A stretch of 64,000 nt of DNA from Candidatus Latescibacterota bacterium (GTDB lineage Bacteria > Latescibacterota > UBA2968 > GCA-2709665): assembly GCA_965237675.1 (NCBI GenBank), contig OZ250150.1, forward strand, positions 2,432,001 through 2,496,000, read 5' to 3'. Positions 47,664-57,014 of the stretch are shown in pieces (the stretch's first letter is position 1; the number at the start of each line of letters is the position of its first letter). A program made the position numbers and the translations under genes. The notes under the pieces are model-generated. The model was not told the DNA's origin and searched no databases. It saw only the letters and a program-made list of their open reading frames with translations.

Positions 47664-48003
47664 TCAGTCGGTTTTCCGTCTCCACGAGAGAATCGATCAG
47701 CGTCTGCACACTCTGCCGCTTTTCCAGAAAACGCACGAATCGATCATATTCCACGTTTGAGAAGATAAGGGTGACAAAGGGTGAAAGAAAAGTCAAAAAC
47801 TGACTGCCTATAAAGTTGAACGGCCGGCTGGCTTCCAGCACCATCAACGCGGGTGTGGTCATTTGGCGCCGAACCACAAAATTTGCAACTTTCGACGCCA
47901 GATCCCGGTCTTCTCGCGCAATGCGATCTTCCGGCGGATTGACGGCGAAAGCGTATTCGCACCAGGCCCTAAGGCGCCGAATCCGTGAGGCGGGTTTGCA
48001 CAT
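47656..48003 (-). CDS. Conserved hypothetical protein
   Basis: VVRRQMTTPAL..LE..RP.NFIGSQ...F..P; overlaps both neighbours as in an operon. Confidence 0.75.
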   Translation of the reverse strand: MCKPASRIRRLRAWCEYAFAVNPPEDRIAREDRDLASKVANFVVRRQMTTPALMVLEASRPFNFIGSQFLTFLSPFVTLIFSNVEYDRFVRFLEKRQSVQTLIDSLVETENRLNG

Positions 48004-48409
48004 AGTCGATGACCTCGTCCCGATTTGCGCGAAGACGCAGAAAACAGCCTCGAAACGGGTCGAGCCGGTGGGGGCTGGCGAATGGGCTGAGAAAGACACC
48101 GTCGGGTAAGACGGAATGACGGCGAATCCGGCTCCAGGGAATTGTGCGCCGCGTGCCCAGGTGGGCAATCAGGACGGTATTCTCCTGCAGCGCGTATCGC
48201 GTGGGCAGAAAGTAGCGGGACATCGAGGCCGTGAGCAGCACGGCCGACAGGAATCCGTATGCGGGCGTGTTGAAGGCAATGCCAACGAGAATCGAGAGCC
48301 CCAGGATGATGAGGATGAGCAGGATCGTCTTCACCGGCGGTTCGTCCCGGAGGGGATGGACGGTCCAGCGGAGTTCGGAGGCCGTTGGAGGGGGGTTGGG
48401 TTTGTCCAT
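47969..48409 (-). CDS. Hypothetical 2-TM protein with a PH-like (YcxB-like) C-terminus
   Basis: LRWTVHP, two TM helices, YFLPTRY, LSPF..P.RLD.FRG. Confidence 0.75.
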   Translation of the reverse strand: MDKPNPPPTASELRWTVHPLRDEPPVKTILLILIILGLSILVGIAFNTPAYGFLSAVLLTASMSRYFLPTRYALQENTVLIAHLGTRRTIPWSRIRRHSVLPDGVFLSPFASPHRLDPFRGCFLRLRANRDEVIDYVQTRLTDSAP

Positions 48410-48502
48410 GCTTTCGGAACAATCGAACGCGCGGGACGATCGGGATGGCTTGCGGCGTATCCGCTCGCCGGCGGGAAATGAAACCACAACCGGAACCGGT
48501 TT

Positions 48503-49378
48503 TCAGATGATGCGTCGGACGATCCGGGGTTCCTCAGCCCGGTCTCCGAAGTTCCAGGCGTCCGTTCCGTACTTTGTCTCGATGAGATGTTCGGCGTCTG
48601 ACTTTTCTTCCGAAGTCAACGACGAATCAACCAGGGCGATGTCGAGGGTTTTCTCAAAGCCGTCCCGCAGGGCCCTCGCGACGGTGTTGAAGTCTGCGGG
48701 TTGACCGGCTTCCGTCAGGGAAATGGTATGGCGGTCCAGTTGCCGTCGAAAGCGTTCTTTCAGGACCTTCCCGCGGTCCGGCATGAGGTCGATCAGGCGC
48801 TTGTGTTCCGGGCCCAGAAGCAGCGATCCGTGTTGAAGCAGCATGTCGCCAAGACGTCGCTGGGCGCTGCCAATGATTTTCTTCCCCTTAAGCGTTACCT
48901 CGTACTGCGTGGTGCTTGAAAAACAGGGTGACGTCAGAACCTTTCCGCGCGGCGATGAAACGGGATTGCGGCGTGGCTCGAATTCCGCGGCGACGCCGAG
49001 GCGTCGCAGGCCCGCAACCAGGCAGGTGCTGATGTTTCGGTAGGAATCCTGAATGGTGCCGCCCAGAAGGGGGTCGTCCGCCCGGCACAGGACGCTGTAG
49101 GTGAGTTCGTTCCAGTGGAGAACGGCACGTCCGCCGCTTGGACGGCGGACGAGGTGGATGCCCCGCTCCCGGCATCGTTCCGGGTCGACTTCACGACCGA
49201 TGCGCTGGGCGTAGCCGAAAGAGACGGCGGGCGGCGTCCAGCCGAATGTCCGGACCGTGGGCGGTGCGGTTCCGCTCTCGACGCGCCGCACAATGGCTTC
49301 GTCGACCGCCATATTGAAAAAGGCGTCAGCAGACCGGGTGTTCAGGAAACGCCATTGATGGGATCCGGGCTCCTGCAT
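48503..49378 (-). CDS. Lipoate-protein ligase / octanoyltransferase (LplA/LipM family)
   Basis: NMAVDEA, RRPSGGRAVLH, KIIGSAQRR, LQHGS. Confidence 0.9.
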   Translation of the reverse strand: MQEPGSHQWRFLNTRSADAFFNMAVDEAIVRRVESGTAPPTVRTFGWTPPAVSFGYAQRIGREVDPERCRERGIHLVRRPSGGRAVLHWNELTYSVLCRADDPLLGGTIQDSYRNISTCLVAGLRRLGVAAEFEPRRNPVSSPRGKVLTSPCFSSTTQYEVTLKGKKIIGSAQRRLGDMLLQHGSLLLGPEHKRLIDLMPDRGKVLKERFRRQLDRHTISLTEAGQPADFNTVARALRDGFEKTLDIALVDSSLTSEEKSDAEHLIETKYGTDAWNFGDRAEEPRIVRRII

Positions 49379-49381
49379 GGT

Positions 49382-50140
49382 TCAAGAAATCCCCAGCTTC
49401 CCCAACGCCTCTCTCGCCGCCATCTGCTGTGCTTCTTTCTTGCTGCGGCCCTTTCCGAAACCCAGGCGTTCACCGCCGATCAGCACCTCCACACTGAACA
49501 TTTTGTGGTGGTCCGGCCCCTCTTCCGAACTCACCAGGTACCGGGGGTGCCCCCGGCCCTCGCCCTGTGTATGTTCCAGGAGGGCGCTTTTGAAATTGAG
49601 GTAGCTGTTGTTGGCGACAATCGCATCGATGTTGGAAAGGAGATGGCGCTGCACGAACGCGGCCGCTGCCTTTAAGCCGCCGTCAAGGTAGATCGCGCCG
49701 AGAATGGCCTCGAAGGCGTCGCCGATAATGGAGGTTCGGTCTCGTCCGCCCGCCTGGTCTTCTTCTTTGCTGAGCAGGAGGTGGTGTCCGAGTCCAATGG
49801 CCCGCCCCCGCTGGGCGAGAATGACTTTGCTGACGAGTAACGACTTGATCTGGGTGAGGTCGCCTTCGCGTTTGTTTTGAAACTTTCGATAAAGATTTTC
49901 GGTGACCAGCAGATCGAGTACGGCGTCGCCCAGGAATTCCAGCCGTTCGTTTGAGGCAATGCTCCCTTCGTCTATCGAGTAAACGTAGGAACGGTGTTTG
50001 ATTGCCTGAATCAGCAGGCCGGGATCCGAAAACCGATAGCCGAGTTTTTCCTGGAGTCTTTCCGGGGAATGCGCGTCCCGATCGCCCGCGAGCCACCGTG
50101 TGACCACATGTCGTAATCTGACAAGTCCGATAAACTTCAC
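49382..50140 (-). CDS. rnc: Ribonuclease III
   Basis: NERLEFLGDAVL, D.FEA..GA.YLD, dsRBD ending SKKEAQQ.AA; GTG start after GGGAGG. Confidence 0.96.
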   Translation of the reverse strand: MKFIGLVRLRHVVTRWLAGDRDAHSPERLQEKLGYRFSDPGLLIQAIKHRSYVYSIDEGSIASNERLEFLGDAVLDLLVTENLYRKFQNKREGDLTQIKSLLVSKVILAQRGRAIGLGHHLLLSKEEDQAGGRDRTSIIGDAFEAILGAIYLDGGLKAAAAFVQRHLLSNIDAIVANNSYLNFKSALLEHTQGEGRGHPRYLVSSEEGPDHHKMFSVEVLIGGERLGFGKGRSKKEAQQMAAREALGKLGIS

Positions 50141-50281
50141 CCTCCCGGGTTGCCGCCAGTTCCGGATCACGGACAAGCGTACAAAGAACTCGACCAGGGT
50201 TCCGTGCCGGCATTGCGCCGGATTCCGCGTGGCCACCATTTCAACCCGGTGACGACCTCCCCGAGCTCTGGCCGTTGTGTT

Positions 50282-51535
50282 TTACCGACCGTCGAACTTG
50301 CGCATGGCGAGGACCGCATTGTGCCCGCCGAATCCGAAGGAGTTGTTCATGGCCACCCGAACCGGCACTTCACGGGCCGCGTTGGGCACGTAGTCGAGGT
50401 CGCACTCCGGATCCGGATGTTCGTAGTTGATGGTGGGCGGCACCCGGCCGTGATGGATGGACAGAAGGCAGGCGATGCTTTCTATTGCGCCAGAGGCACC
50501 CAGCAGGTGGCCCGTCATGGATTTGGTGGAACTGACCGCGACATGAGCCGCATGCTCACCCAGAACGGATTTGATGGCCGCGGTTTCGGTGCGGTCGCCA
50601 ATCGGGGTCGAGGTACCGTGGGCATTGATATAGTCCACGTCCTCCGGGTTCAGGCCGGCCTGATTCAGGGCGATTTTCATAGCCCGTGCGCCGCCCTCTC
50701 CGCCAGGGGCCATGTCGGTGACGTGATACGCGTCGGCCGTGAATCCCACGCCTGCGATCTCGCCGTAAATCCGGGCGCCCCGGCGGCGCGCGTGTTCCAG
50801 TTCTTCCAATATAAGCGCGCCGGATCCCTCGCCGAGCACGAATCCATCGCGTTCCATGTCGAAAGGACGACTGGCCCGCTGCGGATCCTCGTTGCGCGTG
50901 GACAGCGCCTTCATGGAGGCGAAGCCCCCAAGCGCCATGGCGCTTACGGCGGCTTCGGCGCCGCCGGTAACCATGACGTCGGCTTCGTTGTGCCGGATTT
51001 CCCGAAAGGCGCTTCCGATGGCGTGCGTGGCCGAGGAGCAGGCGGACACCGTGGTATAGTTCGGCCCCCTGGCGTCGAGCAGGATGGAAACCTGCCCCGA
51101 CGTCATGTCCGGAATCATCATGGGGATGAAGAAAGGGCTGATCCGCCGGGCACCCTTCTGCATGAGGACGGTATGCTGCTCTTCAAAGGTCCAGATGCCG
51201 CCGATGCCCGAGCCGAAAACCACGCCCATGCGGTCGGGGTTCCCGGCGCCCGCGTCCAGACCCGCGTCTGCCACGGCCATTTGCGCGCAACAGATGGCAT
51301 ACTGGGTGCACAGGTCGTTGCGGCGCGCCAGTTTGCGGTCGAGGCCGAACCGTTCCGGGACGAAATCATTCAATTCGGCTCCGAATGTGACCCGGAACCC
51401 CGCCGGATCGAATCGTCTGATGCGATCGACGCCGCTTTCGCCGTTGAGCAGCGCGTTCCAGTACGCGTCGGTGTTCATTCCGTTCGGCGCGAGTACGCCG
51501 AGACCCGTCACCACAACCCTTCGGTTTCCGTTCAC
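50282..51535 (-). CDS. fabF: 3-oxoacyl-ACP synthase II
   Basis: VSACSS, NAHGTST, KSMTGHLLGA, NSFGFGG. Confidence 0.97.
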   Translation of the reverse strand: MNGNRRVVVTGLGVLAPNGMNTDAYWNALLNGESGVDRIRRFDPAGFRVTFGAELNDFVPERFGLDRKLARRNDLCTQYAICCAQMAVADAGLDAGAGNPDRMGVVFGSGIGGIWTFEEQHTVLMQKGARRISPFFIPMMIPDMTSGQVSILLDARGPNYTTVSACSSATHAIGSAFREIRHNEADVMVTGGAEAAVSAMALGGFASMKALSTRNEDPQRASRPFDMERDGFVLGEGSGALILEELEHARRRGARIYGEIAGVGFTADAYHVTDMAPGGEGGARAMKIALNQAGLNPEDVDYINAHGTSTPIGDRTETAAIKSVLGEHAAHVAVSSTKSMTGHLLGASGAIESIACLLSIHHGRVPPTINYEHPDPECDLDYVPNAAREVPVRVAMNNSFGFGGHNAVLAMRKFDGR

Positions 51536-51732
51536 GGGTACCTTCCACCGGGTTTATTGTTCGCAGCGGCGCGGTATTGCGTGCATAGACCATGCTTCGA
51601 CGCCCGCCGAAAAGACCCACGACGGGCGCAGGCCTCGCGTTCGGCCCCGAAGGTCGAGGCGTCGCTCGGAGGTCCGGCCCCCGAATCCGGATCGCCGCCT
51701 CAATGCGACGGTGGGGTTATCAAAGCTGCGGG

Positions 51733-51975
51733 TTATTCATTCAGACGTTCTTTGAGATAATTCGTGACGTCGCTGACGGTCTCGAGCTTTTCGGCGTCTT
51801 CATCGGGAACTTCGAGGTCGAATTCCTCTTCGAATGCCATCACCAGTTCGACAGTGTCCAGCGAATCCGCGCCCAGATCATCGATGAAATGGGCCTCCGG
51901 AGTGACGCTGTCCGCATCCACGCCCAACTGGTCTACGATGAGATCGACGACTTTTTGCTGAATGTTTTCAGCCAT
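51733..51975 (-). CDS. acpP: Acyl carrier protein
   Basis: [14 protein letters not shown]. Confidence 0.98.
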   Translation of the reverse strand: MAENIQQKVVDLIVDQLGVDADSVTPEAHFIDDLGADSLDTVELVMAFEEEFDLEVPDEDAEKLETVSDVTNYLKERLNE

Positions 51976-52073
51976 GGCAACTATCTCCCTTTTTAATGGC
52001 GAACGCCGGGCCCCGACGTGCGAATGGGCGCGACCCTCCGTTCGCGTCTGTCGCCAGACGGTACACGTTTGTC

Positions 52074-52820
52074 TTACATCACCATACCGCCGTCCACCAC
52101 CAGAACCTGCCCGGTGATATAGGCAGCATCGCTCGAGGCCAGAAACGCGACCGCTGCAGCGATATCGTCGGGTTTCCCCGGTGCGCCCAGCGGAACCTGT
52201 TCAAGGATTTTCCGTTTGAGATCTTCCGGGAGTTTTTCCGTCATTTCGGTGGGGATATATCCCGGCGCCACCACGTTGGCGGTGATTCCCCTGCTGGCCA
52301 GTTCTTTCGCGGCGGTCTTTGTAAGGCCGATAAGTCCGGATTTTGCGGCCGTGTACGCGGCCTGGCCCGGGTTTCCCATCAGACCCGTTACGGAGGAGAT
52401 ATTGATGATCCGCCCGGAACGGGCCCTCATCATCGGCCGCACTGCCGCCTGCATACACAGAAATGCGCCTTTCAGATTGACGTCCAGAACGGCGTCCCAA
52501 TCTCCAGGCTTCAGTCGCATCAGCAGCCCGTCGCGGGTAATGCCGGCGTTGTTTACCAGAACGTCCAGCCCGCCCCAGCGATCCAGGACGGTCTTGAATA
52601 GGCCGGTGACGTCGGCCGGGTTCGAAACGTCCGTCTGCAGGGCCAGCGCGCCGCCGCCCCGGCTTTGGATGCCTTCCGCGACCAACTGTGCGCGGTCGAG
52701 GCTCCGGCTGGCGCATACCGCCACCCTGGCGCCTTCATCCGCCAGGCGGTTGGCAATTGCCTCGCCGATGCCGCGGGACCCGCCCGTGACGATTGCGATT
52801 TTGTCCTCAAGGCGATTCAT
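52074..52820 (-). CDS. fabG: 3-oxoacyl-ACP reductase
   Basis: [21 protein letters not shown]; fab operon context. Confidence 0.97.
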   Translation of the reverse strand: MNRLEDKIAIVTGGSRGIGEAIANRLADEGARVAVCASRSLDRAQLVAEGIQSRGGGALALQTDVSNPADVTGLFKTVLDRWGGLDVLVNNAGITRDGLLMRLKPGDWDAVLDVNLKGAFLCMQAAVRPMMRARSGRIINISSVTGLMGNPGQAAYTAAKSGLIGLTKTAAKELASRGITANVVAPGYIPTEMTEKLPEDLKRKILEQVPLGAPGKPDDIAAAVAFLASSDAAYITGQVLVVDGGMVM

Positions 52821-53737
52821 AACGTCAGACTCTCCAGGTCGTCGAGGGTTCCGACCGACGAGACGGCGACGCGCCTCTCGATGCGCCGCATCAGGGCTTT
52901 CAACGTCGTTCCCGGACCGGCTTCAATCGCTCGGTCCACGCCTTCCGAAACGAGCCGCGCCATCGAATCGGTCCATCGAACGGGCGAAACAACCTGTCTG
53001 ATAAGAAGGTCTTTGAGTACATCGGGATCGGTTGTGGGTTCGGCCGTCGTGTTCGGCACCACCGGGATGCGCGCCGGCGAGAACGGCACGTTCGCGAGGG
53101 CGCCCGCCAGCGTGCCCAGCGCGGATTGCATGAGCCCCGAGTGAAAGGCGCCGCTGACCTGAAGCTCGACGACCCTCCTGGCGCCTTCTTCCGATGCCTC
53201 GCGCATTGCCCGTTTCACGGCATTCGGCTCACCCGAAATAACGACCTGGCCGGGGCAGTTGAAGTTGGCGGGCACGACCACGCCGTTGTGACCGAGTGAT
53301 TCGCAAAGGTTCACAACCGCGTTGTCGCTCAGGCCAATAATGGCCGCCATGGTGCCCGGGTGCATCTTTCCCGCGACATGCATGGCCCGCCCCCGGATCC
53401 CAACAATCCGGACGCCGTCTTCCAGAGACAAGACCCCGGCGGCGACCAGCGCCGCCAGTTCGCCCACGCTGTGTCCGGCCACGAAATCGGGGTGGATGCC
53501 CCTGTCTTTCAGGATTTCAAACACCGAGATGCTGTGCGCGAAGATGGCCGGCTGCGTGATGGCCGTCTGTTTCAGCGATTCTTCCGGGCCGTCGAAACAG
53601 AATGTCTTCAGGCCGGTCTCGGAGATCCGGTCGGTCAGATTGAACACGTACTGGGCGATGGGGGAGGCATTGTAGAGATCGCTGGCCATTCCCACGTACT
53701 GCGCGCCCTGGCCGGGGAATAAGAAGGCTAAGGTCAT
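52817..53737 (-). CDS. fabD: Malonyl-CoA:ACP transacylase
   Basis: FPGQGAQ, TQPA, GHSVGE, VSGAFHS. Confidence 0.97.
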   Translation of the reverse strand: MTLAFLFPGQGAQYVGMASDLYNASPIAQYVFNLTDRISETGLKTFCFDGPEESLKQTAITQPAIFAHSISVFEILKDRGIHPDFVAGHSVGELAALVAAGVLSLEDGVRIVGIRGRAMHVAGKMHPGTMAAIIGLSDNAVVNLCESLGHNGVVVPANFNCPGQVVISGEPNAVKRAMREASEEGARRVVELQVSGAFHSGLMQSALGTLAGALANVPFSPARIPVVPNTTAEPTTDPDVLKDLLIRQVVSPVRWTDSMARLVSEGVDRAIEAGPGTTLKALMRRIERRVAVSSVGTLDDLESLTL

Positions 53738-53795
53738 ATTGTTCAGGATACGGGATTGCTTGTGGATTCCGGCCACCGGCTCCCGGATGTCGGCT

Positions 53796-54791
53796 TCAGT
53801 ACGCCCATTTCAGAAGGGCGCTTCCCCAGGTGTAGCCGGCCCCCGCGCTGGCCAATACGATGTAGTCGTCCCTTTTGACGCGGTTCTGTTCGACTGCTTC
53901 GGAAAGGGCGATTGGGATTGTGCCGCTCGTGGTGTTTGCGTATCGGTCGATGTTGATAAACACCCGTTCCGGCGCCAGCTTCATACGGCGGGCCGTGGCG
54001 TCGATGATGCGTTTATTTGCCTGGTGCGGCACCAGCAGGGTGATATCGTCGCCGCTGAGCCCGTTTCGTTTCAGCAGGTCCGCTGACACGGCGGCCATGC
54101 TGCTGCTGGCGAACTTGAGCACCCGGGGTCCGTCCTGGTGAACGTAGTGCATCTTCTTGTCTACGGTCTCGTGGCTGGCCGGATGCAGGCTGCCGCCGGC
54201 GGGCTGGCAGAGGTACTGGCCGCCCGATCCGTCCACGTTCAGGATAAAGTCCCGGATGCCCGCCCCGGTATCGTCGGGTTCCAGAAGGACGGCTCCCGCG
54301 CCGTCTCCGAAGAGGACGCAGGTTTCACGGTTGGTGTAGTCGACGACGGAGCTCATTTTGTCGGAGCCGATGACCACCACCTTCTTGTGGGCTCCGCTTT
54401 CAACAAACTGGCTGCCTACGATCAGGGCGTACAGGAACCCGCAGCAGGCGGCGGAAAGGTCGAATCCCCACGCATTTTCGGCCCCCACGCTGTGCTGTAC
54501 CAGGCAGGCCGTGGCGGGGTACATCATGTCCGGCGTCACGGTTGCGACAATGATCAGATCGATTTCGCCGGCATCCAGGCCCTTTTGTTCGAGCAGGGAT
54601 TCCATCGCCCGGGCGGCCATGTGGGAGGCGCCCTGGCCGTCTTCGAGGATGCGGCGTTCTATAATGCCCGTTCGTGTTCGAATCCATTCATCCGTGGTAT
54701 CCACCATCTGTTCCAGGTCGGCATTCGTCAGCCGGCGTTCGGGGAGAAAGCGGGAGACGCCGGTGACGGAAGCATTGACTTTTTTGTTCAT
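53796..54791 (-). CDS. fabH: 3-oxoacyl-ACP synthase III
   Basis: WIRTRTGI.ERR, AACCG, FGDGAGA, PHQAN, NT. Confidence 0.97.
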   Translation of the reverse strand: MNKKVNASVTGVSRFLPERRLTNADLEQMVDTTDEWIRTRTGIIERRILEDGQGASHMAARAMESLLEQKGLDAGEIDLIIVATVTPDMMYPATACLVQHSVGAENAWGFDLSAACCGFLYALIVGSQFVESGAHKKVVVIGSDKMSSVVDYTNRETCVLFGDGAGAVLLEPDDTGAGIRDFILNVDGSGGQYLCQPAGGSLHPASHETVDKKMHYVHQDGPRVLKFASSSMAAVSADLLKRNGLSGDDITLLVPHQANKRIIDATARRMKLAPERVFINIDRYANTTSGTIPIALSEAVEQNRVKRDDYIVLASAGAGYTWGSALLKWAY

Positions 54792-54847
54792 AGGCAGGGG
54801 TAACGATTAGGGGAATAGCGAACGGATTGCGCCGTCGGGTCCGGGAA

Positions 54848-55030
54848 TCAGATGTTCTCGCCTTCGACCACCTTGCGGCCGTTGTACTGCCCGCAGTTGC
54901 CGCAGACCCGGTGAGGCCTGCGCGGCTGGCCGCAGTTGGGACAGTCGGAAAATGCAGGCTTTGTGAGTTTCCAGTGGGTCCGCCGTTTTCCGGTTCTGGA
55001 ATTGGAACTCCTGCGTTTCGGGTGTGCCAT
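54848..55030 (-). CDS. rpmF: 50S ribosomal protein L32 (Zn-ribbon type)
   Basis: [16 protein letters not shown]...PHRVC.NCG.Y. Confidence 0.97.
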   Translation of the reverse strand: MAHPKRRSSNSRTGKRRTHWKLTKPAFSDCPNCGQPRRPHRVCGNCGQYNGRKVVEGENI

Positions 55031-55043
55031 TTTGACTGCTCCT

Positions 55044-55556
55044 TCAGGATTGGTCTTTCAGAGCCCTCAGGGCCTCCCAACGGGGGTCGAGGTGGGTTGT
55101 CGCACAGTTGCACTTCGCCAGGTTGAGGTTCTCCCCGCACGTTGGACAAATACCCTCGCAGGATGCTTTGCACAGGGGGTTCAACGGGATTTCAAGCAGG
55201 ATATAGTCCTTGATTTCCTCTCCGAGATCCACCTTGTCTCCGGATCTGTCCAACCAGATGAGCGTTTCGTCTTCATCATCCTTCATGGATTCCGGCCGTT
55301 TTTTCTGGAATACGAACTTGAAGTCGGACGAAATGGAGAACGAAACGGGTTTAAGGCACCGCACGCACTCTTGCCGCAGGTTCGCACGCGTCTCTCCGCT
55401 TGCCGAAATGGATAAGCCTACCTTGACGAACTCGATGCGCGTTCTGATGGGACCCACGAATTGCAGATCCTCATCCTGAATATGCAACTCTTCGGGGGTC
55501 TCTTCCCAGTCGAGGCTGACCTTGCCTCCGTCGAGTTCGTTGAGTTTGACAATCAT
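55044..55556 (-). CDS. yceD: YceD/DUF177 family protein
   Basis: CVRCL, P..PLC...C.GICP.CG.NLN, DPRW.AL; upstream of rpmF. Confidence 0.92.
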   Translation of the reverse strand: MIVKLNELDGGKVSLDWEETPEELHIQDEDLQFVGPIRTRIEFVKVGLSISASGETRANLRQECVRCLKPVSFSISSDFKFVFQKKRPESMKDDEDETLIWLDRSGDKVDLGEEIKDYILLEIPLNPLCKASCEGICPTCGENLNLAKCNCATTHLDPRWEALRALKDQS

Positions 55557-55589
55557 CTGACGATATCCGCTTGACTGTGAGCGTCCGGG

Positions 55590-56000
55590 CTACACGAGTT
55601 CCCCGAAGAAAAAGGCGATTTCCGCGCTGGCGGCTTCGGGTGAGTCGGACGCGTGGACGGCGTTGCACTGTATGTTTGTCCCGAAATCTCTGCGAATGGT
55701 GCCACCGGCGGCTTCGGCCGAATCGGTCACGCCCACGACCTCTCGCAGGAACGAAACCGCGTTTTCCCGCTCCAGCGCGAGCGGTACCACCGGGCCGGAG
55801 GTCATGAAATCGATCAACCCGTCAAAAAACGGCCTTCCAAGGTGTACCGCGTAAAACCGGGTGGCCTCCTCGCGCGTGAGTCGCGTCATTTTCAGGTGCC
55901 GGATCTTGAACCCTCTGTCTTCCACGCGTTTGAGAATGGCGCCGATGGCATTCCGGGAAACCGCGTCCGGTTTGATAATCAACAATGTGGTTTCCGGCAT
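55590..56000 (-). CDS. ndk: Nucleoside diphosphate kinase
   Basis: IIKPDAV, FM.SGP, GTIR.DFG, NAVHASDS. Confidence 0.97.
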   Translation of the reverse strand: MPETTLLIIKPDAVSRNAIGAILKRVEDRGFKIRHLKMTRLTREEATRFYAVHLGRPFFDGLIDFMTSGPVVPLALERENAVSFLREVVGVTDSAEAAGGTIRRDFGTNIQCNAVHASDSPEAASAEIAFFFGELV

Positions 56001-56063
56001 CGGCGTCCGCGCTTTGCATCCGGGTTCGAGTGGTCAAGATTGCGTATCACGCTGAAGATGAAG

Positions 56064-56092
56064 AAGATAGATTTTCTCAGGGGATTTGTCAA
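56064..56092 (-). promoter_or_regulatory. Sigma70-type promoter heading the ndk-fab run
   Basis: Minus strand TTGACA-N17-TATCTT. Confidence 0.65.
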
Positions 56093-56116
56093 TATCAAAC
56101 TTCGTTTATGAGGAGG

Positions 56117-56180
56117 CAGCTATCAGCGGTCAGCTTACAGCAAACAGCGTAAAGGCGGCGATATCAATTTATCGATGTCC
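56117..56180. repeat. Heptamer (TCAGCnn) repeat plus a conserved tail
   Basis: CAGCTATCAGCGGTCAGC...CAGCGTAAAGGCGGCGATATCAATTTATCGATGTCC; similar to 59608-59680. Confidence 0.7.
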
Positions 56181-56252
56181 GCGCGGATGGTGCAGTTGTA
56201 TGGGCGACCGACGGGTCGTCCGGTTTCGAAGCTTCACATGCGATACCCGGCG

Positions 56253-56597
56253 TCAGGATTTCTTCAGCAGCGATCTCAGATGGAATCCCGCCACCGCGGC
56301 GAGTCCGGCGACAAGGCCGCCGATCAACGCCGTGAGGCCGATCAAAACGGACGGAGGCGAAACACCTGCGATTCCTGCGATCTTTACGGTGAGAATGCCT
56401 CCGGACGACAGATGGATATAGCCCGCAGCGGCCAGCCACAGGAGTCCCGCCCCGGCAAAGCCGCCTCCCAGCGCCTTCCACGCGGAGGGAGCCTTCCAGA
56501 ACCCCGCCACAAGCCCTGCCAGGCCGATTCCCCACCAGGGAAGCGTCTCGCCGGCAATCAGGCCGAATACGACGACGTATATCGCGGTTGTGATCAT
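56253..56597 (-). CDS. Small integral membrane protein
   Basis: 3-4 TM helices, LPWW, GF.G...LW; downstream of the penicillin acylase-family gene. Confidence 0.75.
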   Translation of the reverse strand: MITTAIYVVVFGLIAGETLPWWGIGLAGLVAGFWKAPSAWKALGGGFAGAGLLWLAAAGYIHLSSGGILTVKIAGIAGVSPPSVLIGLTALIGGLVAGLAAVAGFHLRSLLKKS

Positions 56598-56604
56598 ATA
56601 AAGA

Positions 56605-56651
56605 AAGCTGTCAGCGGTCAGCAATCAGCGGTCAGCTATCAGCCGTCAGCA
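56605..56651. repeat. Six-unit 7-bp tandem repeat
   Basis: TCAGC at 56611, 56618, 56625, 56632, 56639 and 56646. Confidence 0.85.
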
Positions 56652-56717
56652 AAAAGGGCGGTACGACGCCAAACCACGTGGCTGTCCTTGCCTGTCGACA
56701 CTTCGACCGCACGGAGG

Positions 56718-56992
56718 CGGCGTTGGGGGTTTTTCCGAGTTTATCCGTCCACTACTTAAGGTACTGGTATATCTGACGAACTCGAAGGACACCCAATTTC
56801 CATTTCTGCCCCCAACGGGATTCACGGAAAAACCGGCTCCGCGCCGAGCGGCGCGGTTCTTTTTGGTCCTTTTTCTTGGGCGTACAAGAAAAAGGACGTA
56901 AGAAATTAATAATAAGAGAATTATGCGAATGACCCCGCGAGCCCGGAGCGAGACCCCTCGTTCGCCTTTTCCCTTTGTTTGCCATGCCGCCG
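56718..56992. repeat. Structured dispersed repeat, copy B
   Basis: Same arms as copy A, plus a 3' extension (ATTAATAATA...AATGACC...CCGGAGCG.GACCC..TTCGCCTTT) shared with copy C. Confidence 0.85.
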
Positions 56993-57014
56993 GCGAAATC
57001 CCGAACGCTTTCTC

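Noticed and set aside
8490-51760. Long antisense or alternate-frame ORFs (e.g. 8490-9857, 9743-11032, 36718-38160, 43438-45270, 50150-51760)
   Set aside because: They shadow well-supported genes on the opposite strand, as expected at high GC, and carry no motifs.
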